Source of the DNA: an uncultured Desulfosarcina sp.
GTDB lineage: Bacteria; Desulfobacterota; Desulfobacteria; Desulfobacterales; Desulfosarcinaceae
DNA: 64,000 nt
Assembly (NCBI GenBank): GCA_963674945.2
Contig: CAXXWQ010000003.1
Location: 2,048,001 to 2,112,000, forward strand
Reading direction: 5' to 3'
In this document: one piece after another, positions 10,242 to 21,502 of the stretch
Layout: each line of letters opens with the position of its first letter
Position numbering within the stretch: the first letter of the stretch is position 1
Notes under the pieces: model-generated
The model's input: the letters and a program-made list of their open reading frames with translations, nothing else
What the model was told of the DNA's origin: nothing
Database searches by the model: none
Position numbers and translations under genes: made by a program

Positions 10242-11135
10242 ATGGCCAACCGCCGCCAAACCACAGAAAAATCCATGCAGGCGATGTTTTTCATCATCGC
10301 CACGGCATCCATCACCATCTTGTTTCTGATCATGGTCTTCCTCTTCAAGGAGGGATTGCCCATCTTCAAGACGGTGTCCGTTACCGATTTTCTATTGGGA
10401 AAGTATTGGTATCCCACTTCCGAACCGCCCGATTTCGGCATCTTTCCCCTGATCGTCGCCTCGGTATTGGTGACTGCTGTGTCGGGTGTGATCTCCATCC
10501 CATTGGGCGTCATGACGGCCATCTACCTGTCTGAAATCGCAAGACCGAGGGTCGGCGAAATTGTCAAGCCCATTGTTGAACTTCTTGCCGCACTGCCTTC
10601 GGTGGTCATCGGATTTTTCGGCATGGTGCTGGTTGCGCCTTTTCTCCAGCGGGTTTTCGGCATTCCCACCGGGCTGAACCTGTTTAACGCCTCCTTGATG
10701 CTGGCGTTCATGTCCATTCCCACCATCTGCAGCATTTCCGAGGATGCCATTCACAGCGTACCGAATGCCCTGCGCGAGGCTTCCGTGGCGTTGGGGGCCA
10801 CGCAACTGCAAACCATCGTACGGGTGGTGGTGCCCGCATCCTTGTCGGGGATCAGCACGGCCGTCATCCTCGGCCTCTCCCGGGCAGTGGGCGAGACCAT
10901 GGTGGTGCTCATGGTTGCCGGTGGTGCCGCCATGCTCCCGTTATCCATCTTCGATCCGGTTCGGCCCATGCCTGCCAGCATTGCCGCCGAGATGGCCGAA
11001 GCCCCTGTGGGCGGTGAACACTACTACGCCCTGTTCGCCACCGGCATCGTTCTTTTCGTCTTTACACTGATTTTCAACATCATTGCGGATACCATTGCCC
11101 ACCGCTACGCCCAGGTGGGGGAGGCGTCATTGTAA
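10242..11135 (+). CDS. pstC: Phosphate ABC transporter permease PstC
   Basis: ELLAALPSVVIG, EASVALGAT and RAVGETMVV motifs. Start set at MANRRQ. Confidence 0.93.
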   Translation: MANRRQTTEKSMQAMFFIIATASITILFLIMVFLFKEGLPIFKTVSVTDFLLGKYWYPTSEPPDFGIFPLIVASVLVTAVSGVISIPLGVMTAIYLSEIARPRVGEIVKPIVELLAALPSVVIGFFGMVLVAPFLQRVFGIPTGLNLFNASLMLAFMSIPTICSISEDAIHSVPNALREASVALGATQLQTIVRVVVPASLSGISTAVILGLSRAVGETMVVLMVAGGAAMLPLSIFDPVRPMPASIAAEMAEAPVGGEHYYALFATGIVLFVFTLIFNIIADTIAHRYAQVGEASL

Positions 11136-12127
11136 TGAACGAATTGTTCGTATCCGACAGTCCGGCTGAACGTGATCCGGATGGATCCATTGACGCCACA
11201 TCGACACCAAGCCGACAAGGGGATCAGACCATGTCCAACCATGCAACCCCGTTTCCCGAGTCAAACGCGGCATACGATAGGCGCCGTCGATGGAAACAGG
11301 CCATATTTTTCTCCTTGTTTCGTGGTGCCGCCGCTCTCAATGGCATTGCCCTTGTCGTGATCATCTATTTCATGGTGGCCAACGGATGGCGTGCCATCAG
11401 TTGGGAATTTCTTACCCAGCCCCCCATGGAATCCATGACCAAAGGGGGAATATTACCCTGCATCGTCGGAACGTTTGCCTTGAGTTTCGGCGCCATCATC
11501 GTTGCGTTGCCCATCGGGATCGCCTCGGCGATTTATCTGAACGAGTATGCGCGTTCCGGGAAGGTGGTTCGTTTCATCCGTTTGGGTATCAATAACCTGG
11601 CCGGCGTGCCGTCCGTGGTATTCGGACTCTTCGGCCTGGCATTTTTCGTGGTCATCCTCAAAATGGGGGTGAGCATCGCAGCCGGCGCATTGACGCTGGG
11701 TGCCATGAGCCTGCCGGTGATCATCGGTGCCACGGAAGAAGCACTCAAATCCGTGCCGGACACCTACCGGGAGGCTTCCCTGGGTCTTGGGGCCACCAAA
11801 TGGCAAACCATTTGGCGCGTCGTGTTGCCGTCGGCCATGCCGGGTATCCTGACAGGCGCCATTTTGGGTATCAGTCGTGCAGCCGGTGAGACGGCGCCCA
11901 TCATGTTCACCGGTGCCGTCTTTTTTACCCCCAAGCTGCCCTCATCCATTTTCAATGAGGTGATGGCGCTTCCTTACCATATTTACGTCCTGGCTACCGC
12001 CGGAACACAGATCGAAAAGACGCGTCATCTGCAATATGGTACGGCAATCGTATTGATCGCCCTGGTTCTGGGAATGAATCTTTTGGCCATCATATGGCGA
12101 ACCCGCCTTCGGAATCGGCTGAAATAA
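11135..12127 (+). CDS. pstA: Phosphate ABC transporter permease PstA (alternative start 11231)
   Basis: NLAGVPSVVFGLFG and RAAGETAP motifs; TAATG overlap with pstC. Confidence 0.92.
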   Translation: MNELFVSDSPAERDPDGSIDATSTPSRQGDQTMSNHATPFPESNAAYDRRRRWKQAIFFSLFRGAAALNGIALVVIIYFMVANGWRAISWEFLTQPPMESMTKGGILPCIVGTFALSFGAIIVALPIGIASAIYLNEYARSGKVVRFIRLGINNLAGVPSVVFGLFGLAFFVVILKMGVSIAAGALTLGAMSLPVIIGATEEALKSVPDTYREASLGLGATKWQTIWRVVLPSAMPGILTGAILGISRAAGETAPIMFTGAVFFTPKLPSSIFNEVMALPYHIYVLATAGTQIEKTRHLQYGTAIVLIALVLGMNLLAIIWRTRLRNRLK

Positions 12128-12230
12128 GTGATGGCAAATATTACCATAAAAACTTACAATCACTTTCTTTAGGGAACATCGCACGTAGGATGCACTCTTT
12201 GTGAGTAAGGTTGCATAACAGGATTTACCA

Positions 12231-12992
12231 ATGGAAACAGCCTATAAAATGTCTTCGGAGGACCTTGATTTCTACTATGGCAGCTTCAAGGCGCTGCACG
12301 GCGTTACCCTGGATTTCAAACCGCGCGAGGTGACAGCCCTCATCGGTCCATCCGGCTGCGGAAAGAGCACCTTTTTGCGCTGCCTAAACCGAATGAACGA
12401 TTTGATTCCCATCAGCCGTGTGGACGGTAAAATCAATCTCGATGGCGAAGACATCTACGCACCATCAGTGGATGTGGTGATGCTCCGCAGAAAGGTGGGC
12501 ATGGTATTTCAAAAGCCCAATCCCTTCCCAAAGTCCATCTTCGATAATGTGGCCTACGGCCTTTGGGTCAATGGGATCAAAAACAAGGCATATGTCCATG
12601 ATCGGGTGGTGGAAAGCCTGAAGCAGGCCGCCATATGGGAAGAGGTGAAGGATCGGCTGGCAGATACCGCACTGGGTCTTTCCGGCGGTCAGCAGCAACG
12701 ATTGTGCATCGCCCGGGCACTGGCGGTGAAGCCGGAGGTACTTCTCATGGACGAGCCGGCTTCCGCGCTTGATCCCATCGCCACCCAGAAAATCGAAGAG
12801 TTGATTCACCAGCTCAAGGAGACCTACACGATTATCATCGTTACCCACAACATGCAGCAGGCGGCGCGTGTGTCCGACGTGACAGCCTTTTTTTACATGG
12901 GGAAGCTCATCGAAGTGGGGGAGACGGATACGATTTTTACACGGCCAAAGAAAAAGCAGACTGAAGACTATATAACGGGTCGATTCGGGTAA
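12231..12992 (+). CDS. pstB: Phosphate ABC transporter ATP-binding protein
   Basis: [27 protein letters not shown] and [10 protein letters not shown] motifs. Confidence 0.96.
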   Translation: METAYKMSSEDLDFYYGSFKALHGVTLDFKPREVTALIGPSGCGKSTFLRCLNRMNDLIPISRVDGKINLDGEDIYAPSVDVVMLRRKVGMVFQKPNPFPKSIFDNVAYGLWVNGIKNKAYVHDRVVESLKQAAIWEEVKDRLADTALGLSGGQQQRLCIARALAVKPEVLLMDEPASALDPIATQKIEELIHQLKETYTIIIVTHNMQQAARVSDVTAFFYMGKLIEVGETDTIFTRPKKKQTEDYITGRFG

Positions 12993-12995
12993 TAG

Positions 12996-13171
12996 GTGCC
13001 CATCCAGGAATGGCCAATTTGCACAGTATCGTTGTTGAAAAAAATTTATCCTCAAAATATCACTCATATACACCCCAAGGGCATTTCCTTCGGGGCACCT
13101 CCGGTAAACCCGAGATTAAATTGGTCGCGCGCTTCGATATCGACCCAATTTTCTCATTTCTGGACGGAAAC
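12996..13171. repeat. Possible MITE-like insertion with imperfect terminal inverted repeats
   Basis: Left GTGCCCATCCAGGAATG versus reverse complement of right end GTTTCCGTCCAGAAATG. Single copy in the window. Confidence 0.4.
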
Positions 13172-13195
13172 TGAATTCACAGGGAACGGTACAAC

Positions 13196-13855
13196 ATGAA
13201 ACACTTTCAAAGAGAACTCGATAAGATCAAGAAGATGATTTTATCCTTGGGGGCACTGGTTGAACAAAGGGTAGCCCGCATCAAGGATGCCATAGAGGAA
13301 AGGGATGCCGCGCTGGCAAAAGAGATCATCCATCTGGACCATGAAATCGATGAAATGGAGGTGGAGATCGAAGAGGAGTGTCTCAAGGTCATCGCCCTTC
13401 ATCAGCCGGTGGCCGCAGATCTTCGCTTCCTCGTCGCCGTCATAAAGATCAATAATGATTTGGAACGGATCGGCGATCAGGTGGTCAACATCGCCGAACG
13501 GGTCGTGCGGGTCGCAAAGCGCCCCGTGGCGCCTTTCGAATTCGACTATTCGGTCATGGCGGACAAGGCGGAGTCCATGCTTCGAATGAGCCTCGACAGT
13601 CTTGTTAACCAGGACATCGACCTGGCCATCAAGGTCCTGCAACTGGATGACGAAGTGGACAAAATCAAAAGCGATGCATATGACCGCATTAAAGAGGCGA
13701 TGACGAACGAGGTAACCAAGGATGTCGGGTACATGTTCAATCTGCTTCTGATTTCCCGTCATATCGAGCGTCTTGCGGATCATGCCACCAATATCGCGGA
13801 AGAAGTCATCTACATGATCGAAGGTGAGATTGTCCGGCACGGCAGACTGGAATGA
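13196..13855 (+). CDS. phoU: Phosphate signalling protein PhoU
   Basis: HQPVAADLR, DLERIGD and ERLADHATNIAE motifs. Confidence 0.96.
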   Translation: MKHFQRELDKIKKMILSLGALVEQRVARIKDAIEERDAALAKEIIHLDHEIDEMEVEIEEECLKVIALHQPVAADLRFLVAVIKINNDLERIGDQVVNIAERVVRVAKRPVAPFEFDYSVMADKAESMLRMSLDSLVNQDIDLAIKVLQLDDEVDKIKSDAYDRIKEAMTNEVTKDVGYMFNLLLISRHIERLADHATNIAEEVIYMIEGEIVRHGRLE

Positions 13856-13895
13856 CAGAGTTTTTACACTACCAACGAAATAGTCAGGTCTCACA

Positions 13896-14585
13896 ATGAA
13901 AAAAGATAAGATCCTGGTCGTAGACGATGAGGAGGATATCCTCGAACTGGTGCGCTATAATCTTGCACGCGATGGATTCGCCGTGATCTGTGCTTCCTCA
14001 GGAGAGGAGGCGCTGAAACTGGCTTCATCGGATTCGGTGGATCTTGTCATACTGGATCTTATGCTTCCGGGAATTGACGGACTTCAGGTGGCACGAAGGC
14101 TCAAAGAGAATCCAAGTACCAAAGACACTCCCATCGTGATGCTGACTGCCAAGGGTGAAGAGGCGGATATTGTTACCGGACTGGAGCTGGGGGCGGATGA
14201 CTATGTGACCAAGCCCTTTTCTCCACGAATTCTCATCGCCAGAGTAAAAGCGGTCATCCGAAGACGCAGCGGTGATGCGGAACCGAACGGCGAGGTGTTG
14301 AACATCCGCGAATTGTCCATTCATACGGGACGCCGGCATGTGACGGCAAACGGTAAATCACTGGATCTGACCTACACGGAATTTCAGGTCCTCTATTTTT
14401 TGGCACGTCGTCCGGGATGGGTGTTCACGCGATCCCAGATCGTGGATGCCGTGCGCGGTGATGACTATCCGGTCACCGATCGAAGTGTGGACGTTCAGAT
14501 CGTTGGATTGAGAAAAAAGCTGGGGCACCTGGGAAGTTATATTGAAACCGTCCGGGGGGTAGGCTACAGGTTCATCGAAACATGA
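13896..14585 (+). CDS. phoB: OmpR/PhoB-family response regulator
   Basis: Receiver domain plus winged HTH (RSVDVQI..LRKKL, IETVRGVGY); located in the pst operon. Confidence 0.85.
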   Translation: MKKDKILVVDDEEDILELVRYNLARDGFAVICASSGEEALKLASSDSVDLVILDLMLPGIDGLQVARRLKENPSTKDTPIVMLTAKGEEADIVTGLELGADDYVTKPFSPRILIARVKAVIRRRSGDAEPNGEVLNIRELSIHTGRRHVTANGKSLDLTYTEFQVLYFLARRPGWVFTRSQIVDAVRGDDYPVTDRSVDVQIVGLRKKLGHLGSYIETVRGVGYRFIET

Positions 14586-16366
14586 AGAATAAAAAACGGC
14601 TGATCACACAGTTATTTCCATCATACCTGCTTATCACCCTCTTGTCGTTGTTCGCCGTAAGCTGGTATGTTTTAAGCTTCACACGCCAGTTTTATCTGGA
14701 ACGCACCCAGGTCGACCTGGAGATTAACGGACGATTGCTGGAAAAGCAGGTGGCCCGGTTGCTATCTCCCCTGAAGGCCGATGCCATCGACCGGCTTTGC
14801 AAGGATGCCGCAGGCGAAACCATCACCCGGGTCACCGTCATCCTGCCGGATGGGAAGGTCGTGGGGGACAGCGAAGAGGATCCGGCCAACATGGTAAGCC
14901 ATCTGGATCGGGAAGAGATCAGCACTGCGTTTCACGGAAAAGTGGGGATGAGCATCCGCAACAGCGAAACTCTTGACCTGGAGATGATGTACGTGGCCGT
15001 CCCGATTTTCTCGGGATCCTCTTTGCTCGGTGTGCTTCGCACGTCCATTCCCATAACAGCCATTCAGGAGCGTCTGTCGACCATCCGTTCACGCATCGCC
15101 GTCGGTGTTTTCCTCGTGGCACTTTTGGCATCAGGGGTGAGCTGGTATGTCTCCAAAAGAATCACCATTCCCATCGAACGCTTAAAAAACGGTGCACAGC
15201 GTTTTGCCGCAGGCGACCTGCAGCACCGACTGCTGCCCCATGACAATTATGAATTCTCCGCATTGGCCGACTCCATGAATCAGATGGCCCAGCAGCTTGA
15301 ACTGCGCCTGGAAGAGATTGTCAGCCAGCGTCGAAAGAGCGAAGCGGTTCTTTCCAGCATGCACGAAGGGGTTATCGCCACGGACATGGAGCAGCGGGTG
15401 ATCAGCATCAATCCCGCCGCTGCCGGGATGTTTGCCGTACGAACGGAAACGATCATCGGTCGAAGTGTTCTGGAGGTCATCCGCAACCTGGATTTCCAGG
15501 AGTTGGTGACCCGAAGCCTTTCCTCGGGAGAAACCCTGGAATCCGATTTCGTATACCACATCGATTCGGAACGGATCTTCAATGTCCATTGCACGCCACT
15601 TTTAGACAACATGAAAAAGCGTTTGGGGGGGCTTCTCGTCATCAGTGACGTCACCCAATTGCGTCGTCTGGAAAACATGCGCCGTGATTTTGCCGCATCC
15701 GTCTCCCACGAAATCAAGACACCGCTCACCGCCATCAAGGGATTTGTCGAGACATTGGTCACGGGTGAAATGGACGAGCCGGAACAGACACGGCGGTTTC
15801 TCATCATCATCGAAAAACACGTAAACCGGCTCACCAATATCATCGAAGACCTGATGCAATTATCCCGCATCGAACGGGACGACGAATTTCAGCAGATCGG
15901 ATTCGCAGAATGCCGGATCGAAAATGTTCTCAAGACGGCCATCGGCATTTTGGAAGAGAGTATCCAGGAGAAGGGAATCGATGTACAATTAACTTGTGAT
16001 CCGAAGCTGACGGGGCGTTTCGATGCCACCTTGCTGGAACAGGCGGCCGTCAACCTTCTGGATAACGCCGTCAAATACAGCCCGGCAAAGAGCGCCGTCC
16101 AGATCAATGCCAAAACCGAAGGGGACGAGATTCATATCCAATTCACCGACCAGGGGATGGGAATTGCCCAAAAGCACCTTCACCGTTTGTTCGAGCGTTT
16201 CTACCGCGTCGATAAAGCCCGTAGCCGGAGACTCGGTGGTACAGGCCTGGGGCTCGCCATCGTCAAGCACATCTTACAGGCTCACGGCGGTAGTGTTACC
16301 GTGGAAAGTGAACTGGAGAAGGGCAGCACGTTCACTCTTCGCCTACCCGTCAACACGGCCTCCTGA
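14582..16366 (+). CDS. phoR: Sensor histidine kinase PhoR (sCache-HAMP-PAS-HisKA-HATPase)
   Basis: VSHEIKTPL H-box, NLLDNAVKY and FYRVDKARSR..GGTGLGL motifs. Confidence 0.87.
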   Translation: MKNKKRLITQLFPSYLLITLLSLFAVSWYVLSFTRQFYLERTQVDLEINGRLLEKQVARLLSPLKADAIDRLCKDAAGETITRVTVILPDGKVVGDSEEDPANMVSHLDREEISTAFHGKVGMSIRNSETLDLEMMYVAVPIFSGSSLLGVLRTSIPITAIQERLSTIRSRIAVGVFLVALLASGVSWYVSKRITIPIERLKNGAQRFAAGDLQHRLLPHDNYEFSALADSMNQMAQQLELRLEEIVSQRRKSEAVLSSMHEGVIATDMEQRVISINPAAAGMFAVRTETIIGRSVLEVIRNLDFQELVTRSLSSGETLESDFVYHIDSERIFNVHCTPLLDNMKKRLGGLLVISDVTQLRRLENMRRDFAASVSHEIKTPLTAIKGFVETLVTGEMDEPEQTRRFLIIIEKHVNRLTNIIEDLMQLSRIERDDEFQQIGFAECRIENVLKTAIGILEESIQEKGIDVQLTCDPKLTGRFDATLLEQAAVNLLDNAVKYSPAKSAVQINAKTEGDEIHIQFTDQGMGIAQKHLHRLFERFYRVDKARSRRLGGTGLGLAIVKHILQAHGGSVTVESELEKGSTFTLRLPVNTAS

Positions 16367-16590
16367 TCTCCGAGCCCAAGTCATCCATTGCCGCCACATC
16401 CAGTGGCGGCGGATTGTTACGAGGGGATGCGGCAAATTGTCGCTGCCCCTTGTTTCATTCCGTGGCCTTGGTAAAAAACACTACGTTCAACATGCCGTGG
16501 AAAACATACTGGAATCGTACGATATTCCCTATTCGTTGTTCAAGCGAGGGAGGGCGGTGTGTAAGTCCTGGGTGTGGTCGAAGAGAGACG

Positions 16591-17313
16591 TCAGTCTTGG
16601 GAAGTAGGCCAAATTACCGTGCGAAGCCAAGTCCGCAGACGATTATCCCGATATAAGAATCGGCTCATGGTATTTAATTGTTTTATGAGGTCGTCGATTT
16701 CCGTGAAGACGGCCCCACGCGTTATCATTCTCTTCTCGGTGTCAATTTCTTTTAAAACGACAGCGGGATTGCCTCCGGCGATCACGTTGGGTGGGATGCT
16801 GCGGGTAACCACCGCGCCGGCGCCCACAACGGAATTTTCGCCAATCGTAACCCCTTTCAAAATCTTCGCTCCGTGCCCCACCCAGACATTATCCTTCAGT
16901 TCAATGGGTTTGCTGCGTCCGTATGCACTGTTCCGATTGTAAATCCCGTGCCAATCGCAGTCACTGACATAGCATTCTCCGCCGAACATGCAGTCATGTC
17001 CAATGGTTATATCGGTTGCGGAATACATGGTCATCCCCGGTGAAACAAGGCAACAATTGCCGATATTGATGTGTCCGTTCATACCTTCGACACTTGAAGT
17101 GGCCAACTCAATTGGATGAAATGGACTGTTGGCAAGATGAACATAGTCGCCGACCCGAATGTTTTTGCCGTGAATCCTCATGAAACGAGGATTTAGAACC
17201 ACCGGGTCCTTTCCAAGGTGGTCGAACCGCGGTCTCACAAAATGCCGGGTGTATGCCCGGTCGAGGTTACGCCGCAGGGTCATCATCCAAGAAGGGCGAT
17301 GTTCTCGTCTCAA
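16591..17313 (-). CDS. Left-handed beta-helix (hexapeptide-repeat) acyltransferase
   Basis: DNVWVG..AKILKGVTIGENSVVGAGAVVT..IP.NVIAGGNPA. Confidence 0.85.
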   Translation of the reverse strand: MRREHRPSWMMTLRRNLDRAYTRHFVRPRFDHLGKDPVVLNPRFMRIHGKNIRVGDYVHLANSPFHPIELATSSVEGMNGHINIGNCCLVSPGMTMYSATDITIGHDCMFGGECYVSDCDWHGIYNRNSAYGRSKPIELKDNVWVGHGAKILKGVTIGENSVVGAGAVVTRSIPPNVIAGGNPAVVLKEIDTEKRMITRGAVFTEIDDLIKQLNTMSRFLYRDNRLRTWLRTVIWPTSQD

Positions 17314-18026
17314 CGTACCCCCCTTGTTACGTTTGAGGACTCATCAAAGGAGGAAACATAATGTCGAGCAACAGTATATATCCACGTATCGGATCCTGTG
17401 GCGATGGCTTCATCAAAATGTTCCATCGCTTTCGGATGGTCGTTCTCCCTGACGGAGATCAAAGCCAGAAAGTAATGAACAATCGCTTTATGTTGTGTCG
17501 ACTTGGCAATGAACATTGCATATTCAAAGGACAACTTGCTTTTTTGGATCTCTTCATTGTGATAGTCCAACGCGCCGATTGTGATGACTACTGCAACCGT
17601 CAGATCATGGTGCGGGATAAAATAGGAAAGGGACACTAAGTGCCCGGAATACAAACGGTTGGCAGCCTCGATCTCACCGATCATCAGTTTGCTGATGAGC
17701 AGGTTGTTGTAGTACAGTGTCCTGAAATTTACAGGCATTGCTGAAGGATCGATGGATTCGAGCAGTGAAATTGCCGAAACCCACTGTCCCTTGTAGAACA
17801 AACCGGTGGTTTTATTGATTTGCAGGAATCTCACATGTTCTTCCGCTGTTACCTGCGCGAGATCGACGTCGATTTCGGAGATGAATCCATCGACGTCATT
17901 TTGATCCGTGAACATCCGAACGGATTCGAACCGCTGTTTATGTCGTATTTTTCTCCGAATGACAAAGACGGTCCGGAGAGCGAAAACGACGACGGCTGTT
18001 ATGATGGTTACCGCAACATAAGTCAT
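17310..18026 (-). CDS. Membrane-anchored TPR-like helical protein
   Basis: N-terminal TM helix; helical repeats such as AIVHYFLAL...KAMEHFDEAI; 4-bp overlap with the acyltransferase. Confidence 0.6.
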   Translation of the reverse strand: MTYVAVTIITAVVVFALRTVFVIRRKIRHKQRFESVRMFTDQNDVDGFISEIDVDLAQVTAEEHVRFLQINKTTGLFYKGQWVSAISLLESIDPSAMPVNFRTLYYNNLLISKLMIGEIEAANRLYSGHLVSLSYFIPHHDLTVAVVITIGALDYHNEEIQKSKLSFEYAMFIAKSTQHKAIVHYFLALISVRENDHPKAMEHFDEAIATGSDTWIYTVARHYVSSFDESSNVTRGVR

Positions 18027-18542
18027 ACTTTATTGCCCGACCCGCAAGTGGCACCAAACTCCATACGGTGAGCCACACTGATCTGATTTTTGGATTCATT
18101 TGGATTTTATTCAATTATTTTTTCAAGAACGACAATATGCCAAAGATCCGATATGTTGTCAATGTATACAATCGGATCGAAATCTTGTTGCTGTCGAGAA
18201 ATAGAACAGCGGATTCACAAATGTCTTTCTGCAGCGAAAGAGAAATAATTGGATCTCCAATTCATTTGCGAAATCCTCGGCAGAATCATATCATACTTCC
18301 CATAATACTACTTTTAAATCCTGACTGAATTTCAGCAAAATCGCTTCTGGTGGGATAAAACAAATGAAGGTGAACTACTTGACAAGAAAAAACCATATCG
18401 AACGAAATCTTCTGCTTTATGGCTGGAAGTAATTATCGTACGGGATTAAAACAGGTGTCCCCGCAACCTTATCGGTACGGGGATTTTTTGGGGGAAGCAA
18501 GAAATGAAACGTAGCGAAGGTCGGAAGGCTGTTGTTACACGT

Positions 18543-18740
18543 TTATGCGTCGACGGCCACCAGAGAAACACCCAGTTTGTTTTCCACCTCCTGGATCTTC
18601 TTTAGTTCGTCCGCGCTCAGGCTCGAGGCCTTCAGGTCATGACAGCTGAAGGCCAACAGGGTTTTGCCCAAATCTTTTTCCAGGTCGTTGATGGTTTGTA
18701 AATTGGTCCCCTCTACCTTGTTTGCCAGTGAACAGATCAT
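18543..18740 (-). CDS. Small hypothetical protein (65 aa) with an internal duplication
   Basis: Strong RBS AAGGAG; two similar halves LQTINDLEKDLGKTLLAF and LKKIQEVENKLGVSLVAV. Confidence 0.75.
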   Translation of the reverse strand: MICSLANKVEGTNLQTINDLEKDLGKTLLAFSCHDLKASSLSADELKKIQEVENKLGVSLVAVDA

Positions 18741-18811
18741 CGTTACACTCCTTTTTGATGGTTGGCGGATTGATTACACTATAGGTACAGAACACTGCAT
18801 CTCCGGGAAAA

Positions 18812-21067
18812 CTATGTGACACCTCCGGCATGATTTGAGGTGCTGCAGCCATTTAGTTCGAATATCATTTGCAGCTCGGTACCGGGGTATTTTACCTGCG
18901 CACTGTTCAGATGCGCAAACAGTTGGCAAAGAGCCCGATTGGCCGCTGGGAACGAAGCGCCGTGCAATCGTATATTCAATTGCTGATTTTCAATATCGGG
19001 CAGTACATCGCCTTCGGTCTGGAACAGTGTCTGGAGAAGACTCCGTGCATCCGACGAGTTTACCGTCGGACCCGTGAGCAACCCAACCATTGCCGTCTCT
19101 GCACGATATGCAATCATACGAACCGTGTCCATCAGGCGTTTTCTGCCCGGTTGTAAACGTAAAAATTTATCTTTTGCTTCAAGTTCTCCCCACGTGATGT
19201 GTTTACTTGTCTGTTTTCGTTTTTCTTTCAACTCGCTGAGTTGATACTCCATCTTTTCGATTTCTTCTAACAGCTCGGCCTTTTTCTCTATCCACTTCTT
19301 AAACTTTACCGGTTTGTCTTCATTTTCAGGGTGAATGGTCATCTCGGCAAAACAGGCACGACGATATCGTAGCTTGTTCTGCAACGAATTACGGGATTGA
19401 TTCAATTGCCGCCAAACGGGGTTGATTACCCGTTCGGTATCAGGAAATTCAACGACACCATAATCTAAAAGCACATCGATATCAAAATGTTGCATCATAT
19501 AGTTGAAAAAGTTTTCCTGACACCACCGGCTGAACATGCGTGCTGCCAATTGAGTATGCGGCAAATCGAAAGCGGTGCTGATTACGCTGGTCTGGTGTCC
19601 GGAATCGGTCAGTTTTCGCACTTGTCGCATCCATGTTGCACCCTTACCAGATCCCACCAAACTACCCATTTCGCAAAGCCGCATCTTCACCACCTCTTTG
19701 TTTGGCATCGCAACTTCATGCTCGGTGAACCAATGCTCCGGCCATGATTCACCAGGATGCTTATGATACGTCATGCAGCCGATTCGATGGCGATCCCACA
19801 TTTCCTTGAAGAATGCGGGACTATATCCTTCCCTGTCGAAAACAAGAACGAACCGGCATAAACATGGGTTCTCTTGTAGTTGCTGCAAACCGGGTTGATT
19901 CGGAACGTCTTGCAACAACCGGGGAACGATATCGTCTCTTAAAACCGCCAATAATCCAGGATCGATCTGCTTTTCGACGACAAAAAAAGGTCGGCCAATC
20001 GCATCGTTAACCCAATAGTCGGTAATGCCCCTCATGCACAATCGTTCCCGGGACACGTAGCGGCGCGGTAGTCGGGTCAATTTTCCATGATAAACACGTA
20101 CATGCCCGTCAACATAAAGCGCGCCAACCGATTCGGGCGCCTGTTCCATCCAGTATTTACCGAGGTATGCGGCCCACTTTTCCGCGCCGTGGTCTGCGCT
20201 CAACGCATCCATCTTGTAACGCAAACAGCGAACCTCCGGTGCACGATCCAAGCCCAATAACTTACCAAATTCTCCCGGAGCATGGCCTCGTATTTTTTCT
20301 GTCGTCTTGATCCTGCATAAGGCCATAAACGAAAGCAGCAACAAGACATGAAAGATCGTGTAATAGCCTTTGACTTGGCCGAGGAACTGTTTTGCGCCGG
20401 TAAACAACCCGTTTGCCACCAATGACGGTATCGCACAAAGAACGCCTGCTTTGGGAACGTCCAGGCATCTGTCAAAACGAACCGGCGCACCAACCATTTT
20501 GCCCAATGATGCCAATATGCGTTCCCCGACTCGGTTGCAAGCCGTCCCCATACCATCGGCAGCAGCCATGTCGACCATGTCCCGATCTGATTTGGTTAGA
20601 CACGGTTCACCAATCCTTGATTCGATTAACCGACCATCATCTATAGCTTTGCGAAACGTATCGTATTTAATGCCAAGTTCCAGGGCGGCATCTTTTTTCG
20701 AGCACCCTTGATCCAGTAAACGTTGGGCTTGTTCAAGCACCTCAGGTTTGAAAACCTTGCCGCCGCGTCGTCCCCGCCGCTGAACGAAAAATGCCTCGGC
20801 GCCGCCGGACCTGAGTTTGTTCACGGATCGGATGACATTGCTCTTGGATACGCCGAATGTGTTTTGGATATCGATCTGGCGGCAAGCTCCGGATTCAACC
20901 AGTTGGGCTGTTATCATCCGAAACATTCGTTGATCGCCTTGTCTGTGAGAATAAATCGGAACGGTCGATAGAAAATAGGTCCAGGTCGTATCGTCACGAA
21001 ATACACTGACAAGCCCGTTGATTTGTCTTGCACCGCGAGGAATAAGTGGTAGTATCTGTTGAGGCAT
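18812..21067 (-). mobile_element. Large putative DDE transposase (751 aa), IS-like element; ends not resolved
   Basis: N-terminal HTH segments; YVDGHVRVY, VFDREGYS and RW.QENFF motifs; coiled-coil insertion. Confidence 0.8.
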
Positions 21068-21314
21068 GGCATCCTTTTCCTTTCATTTATCCGCCAAGAT
21101 AATAAGGTTAAAGGTGCCATGTTCATTTTCCGGTTGCAATACCTTACCGGCCTGCTGGATTCAGACTCCTATCTTTCTGTTTTTCAACCACTTACATTAT
21201 GTTTTGCTTGCCATATGCAACAATTAGGAAATCAAGTTTCCTGAGGTAAGATCAAAGGTTGTCACAATACCGGAAACCTGACGGTTTAGTGACGGGCAAA
21301 AACCGTCATTCCAT

Positions 21315-21439
21315 GACGACTCCGTAAAAAGTCCGATATCCGCGTTACGCTTCATCCCTCGTCACTGCGACGTATCCATCCATACGCCTCGTTCCTCGGG
21401 ACTCGCAAGCCTTGATCTCGGTCTTTTTACGAAGCCGTC
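21315..21439. repeat. ~125-bp MITE/REP-like element, copy 1
   Basis: Terminal IRs GACGACTCCGTAAAAAG...CTTTTTACGAAGCCGTC; related copy at 63851-63976. Confidence 0.85.
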
Positions 21440-21502
21440 CGAAATTCGACTTCTAAGGAGCCCGTTCATTAATCCAATTAAAAAAGACTTTTTACGGGTT
21501 CA

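Noticed and set aside
18379..18490. Possible plus-strand sRNA (TTGACA at 18379, hairpin plus T-tract at 18458-18489)
   Set aside because: No -10 box at proper spacing; the hairpin can equally serve the minus-strand small gene.
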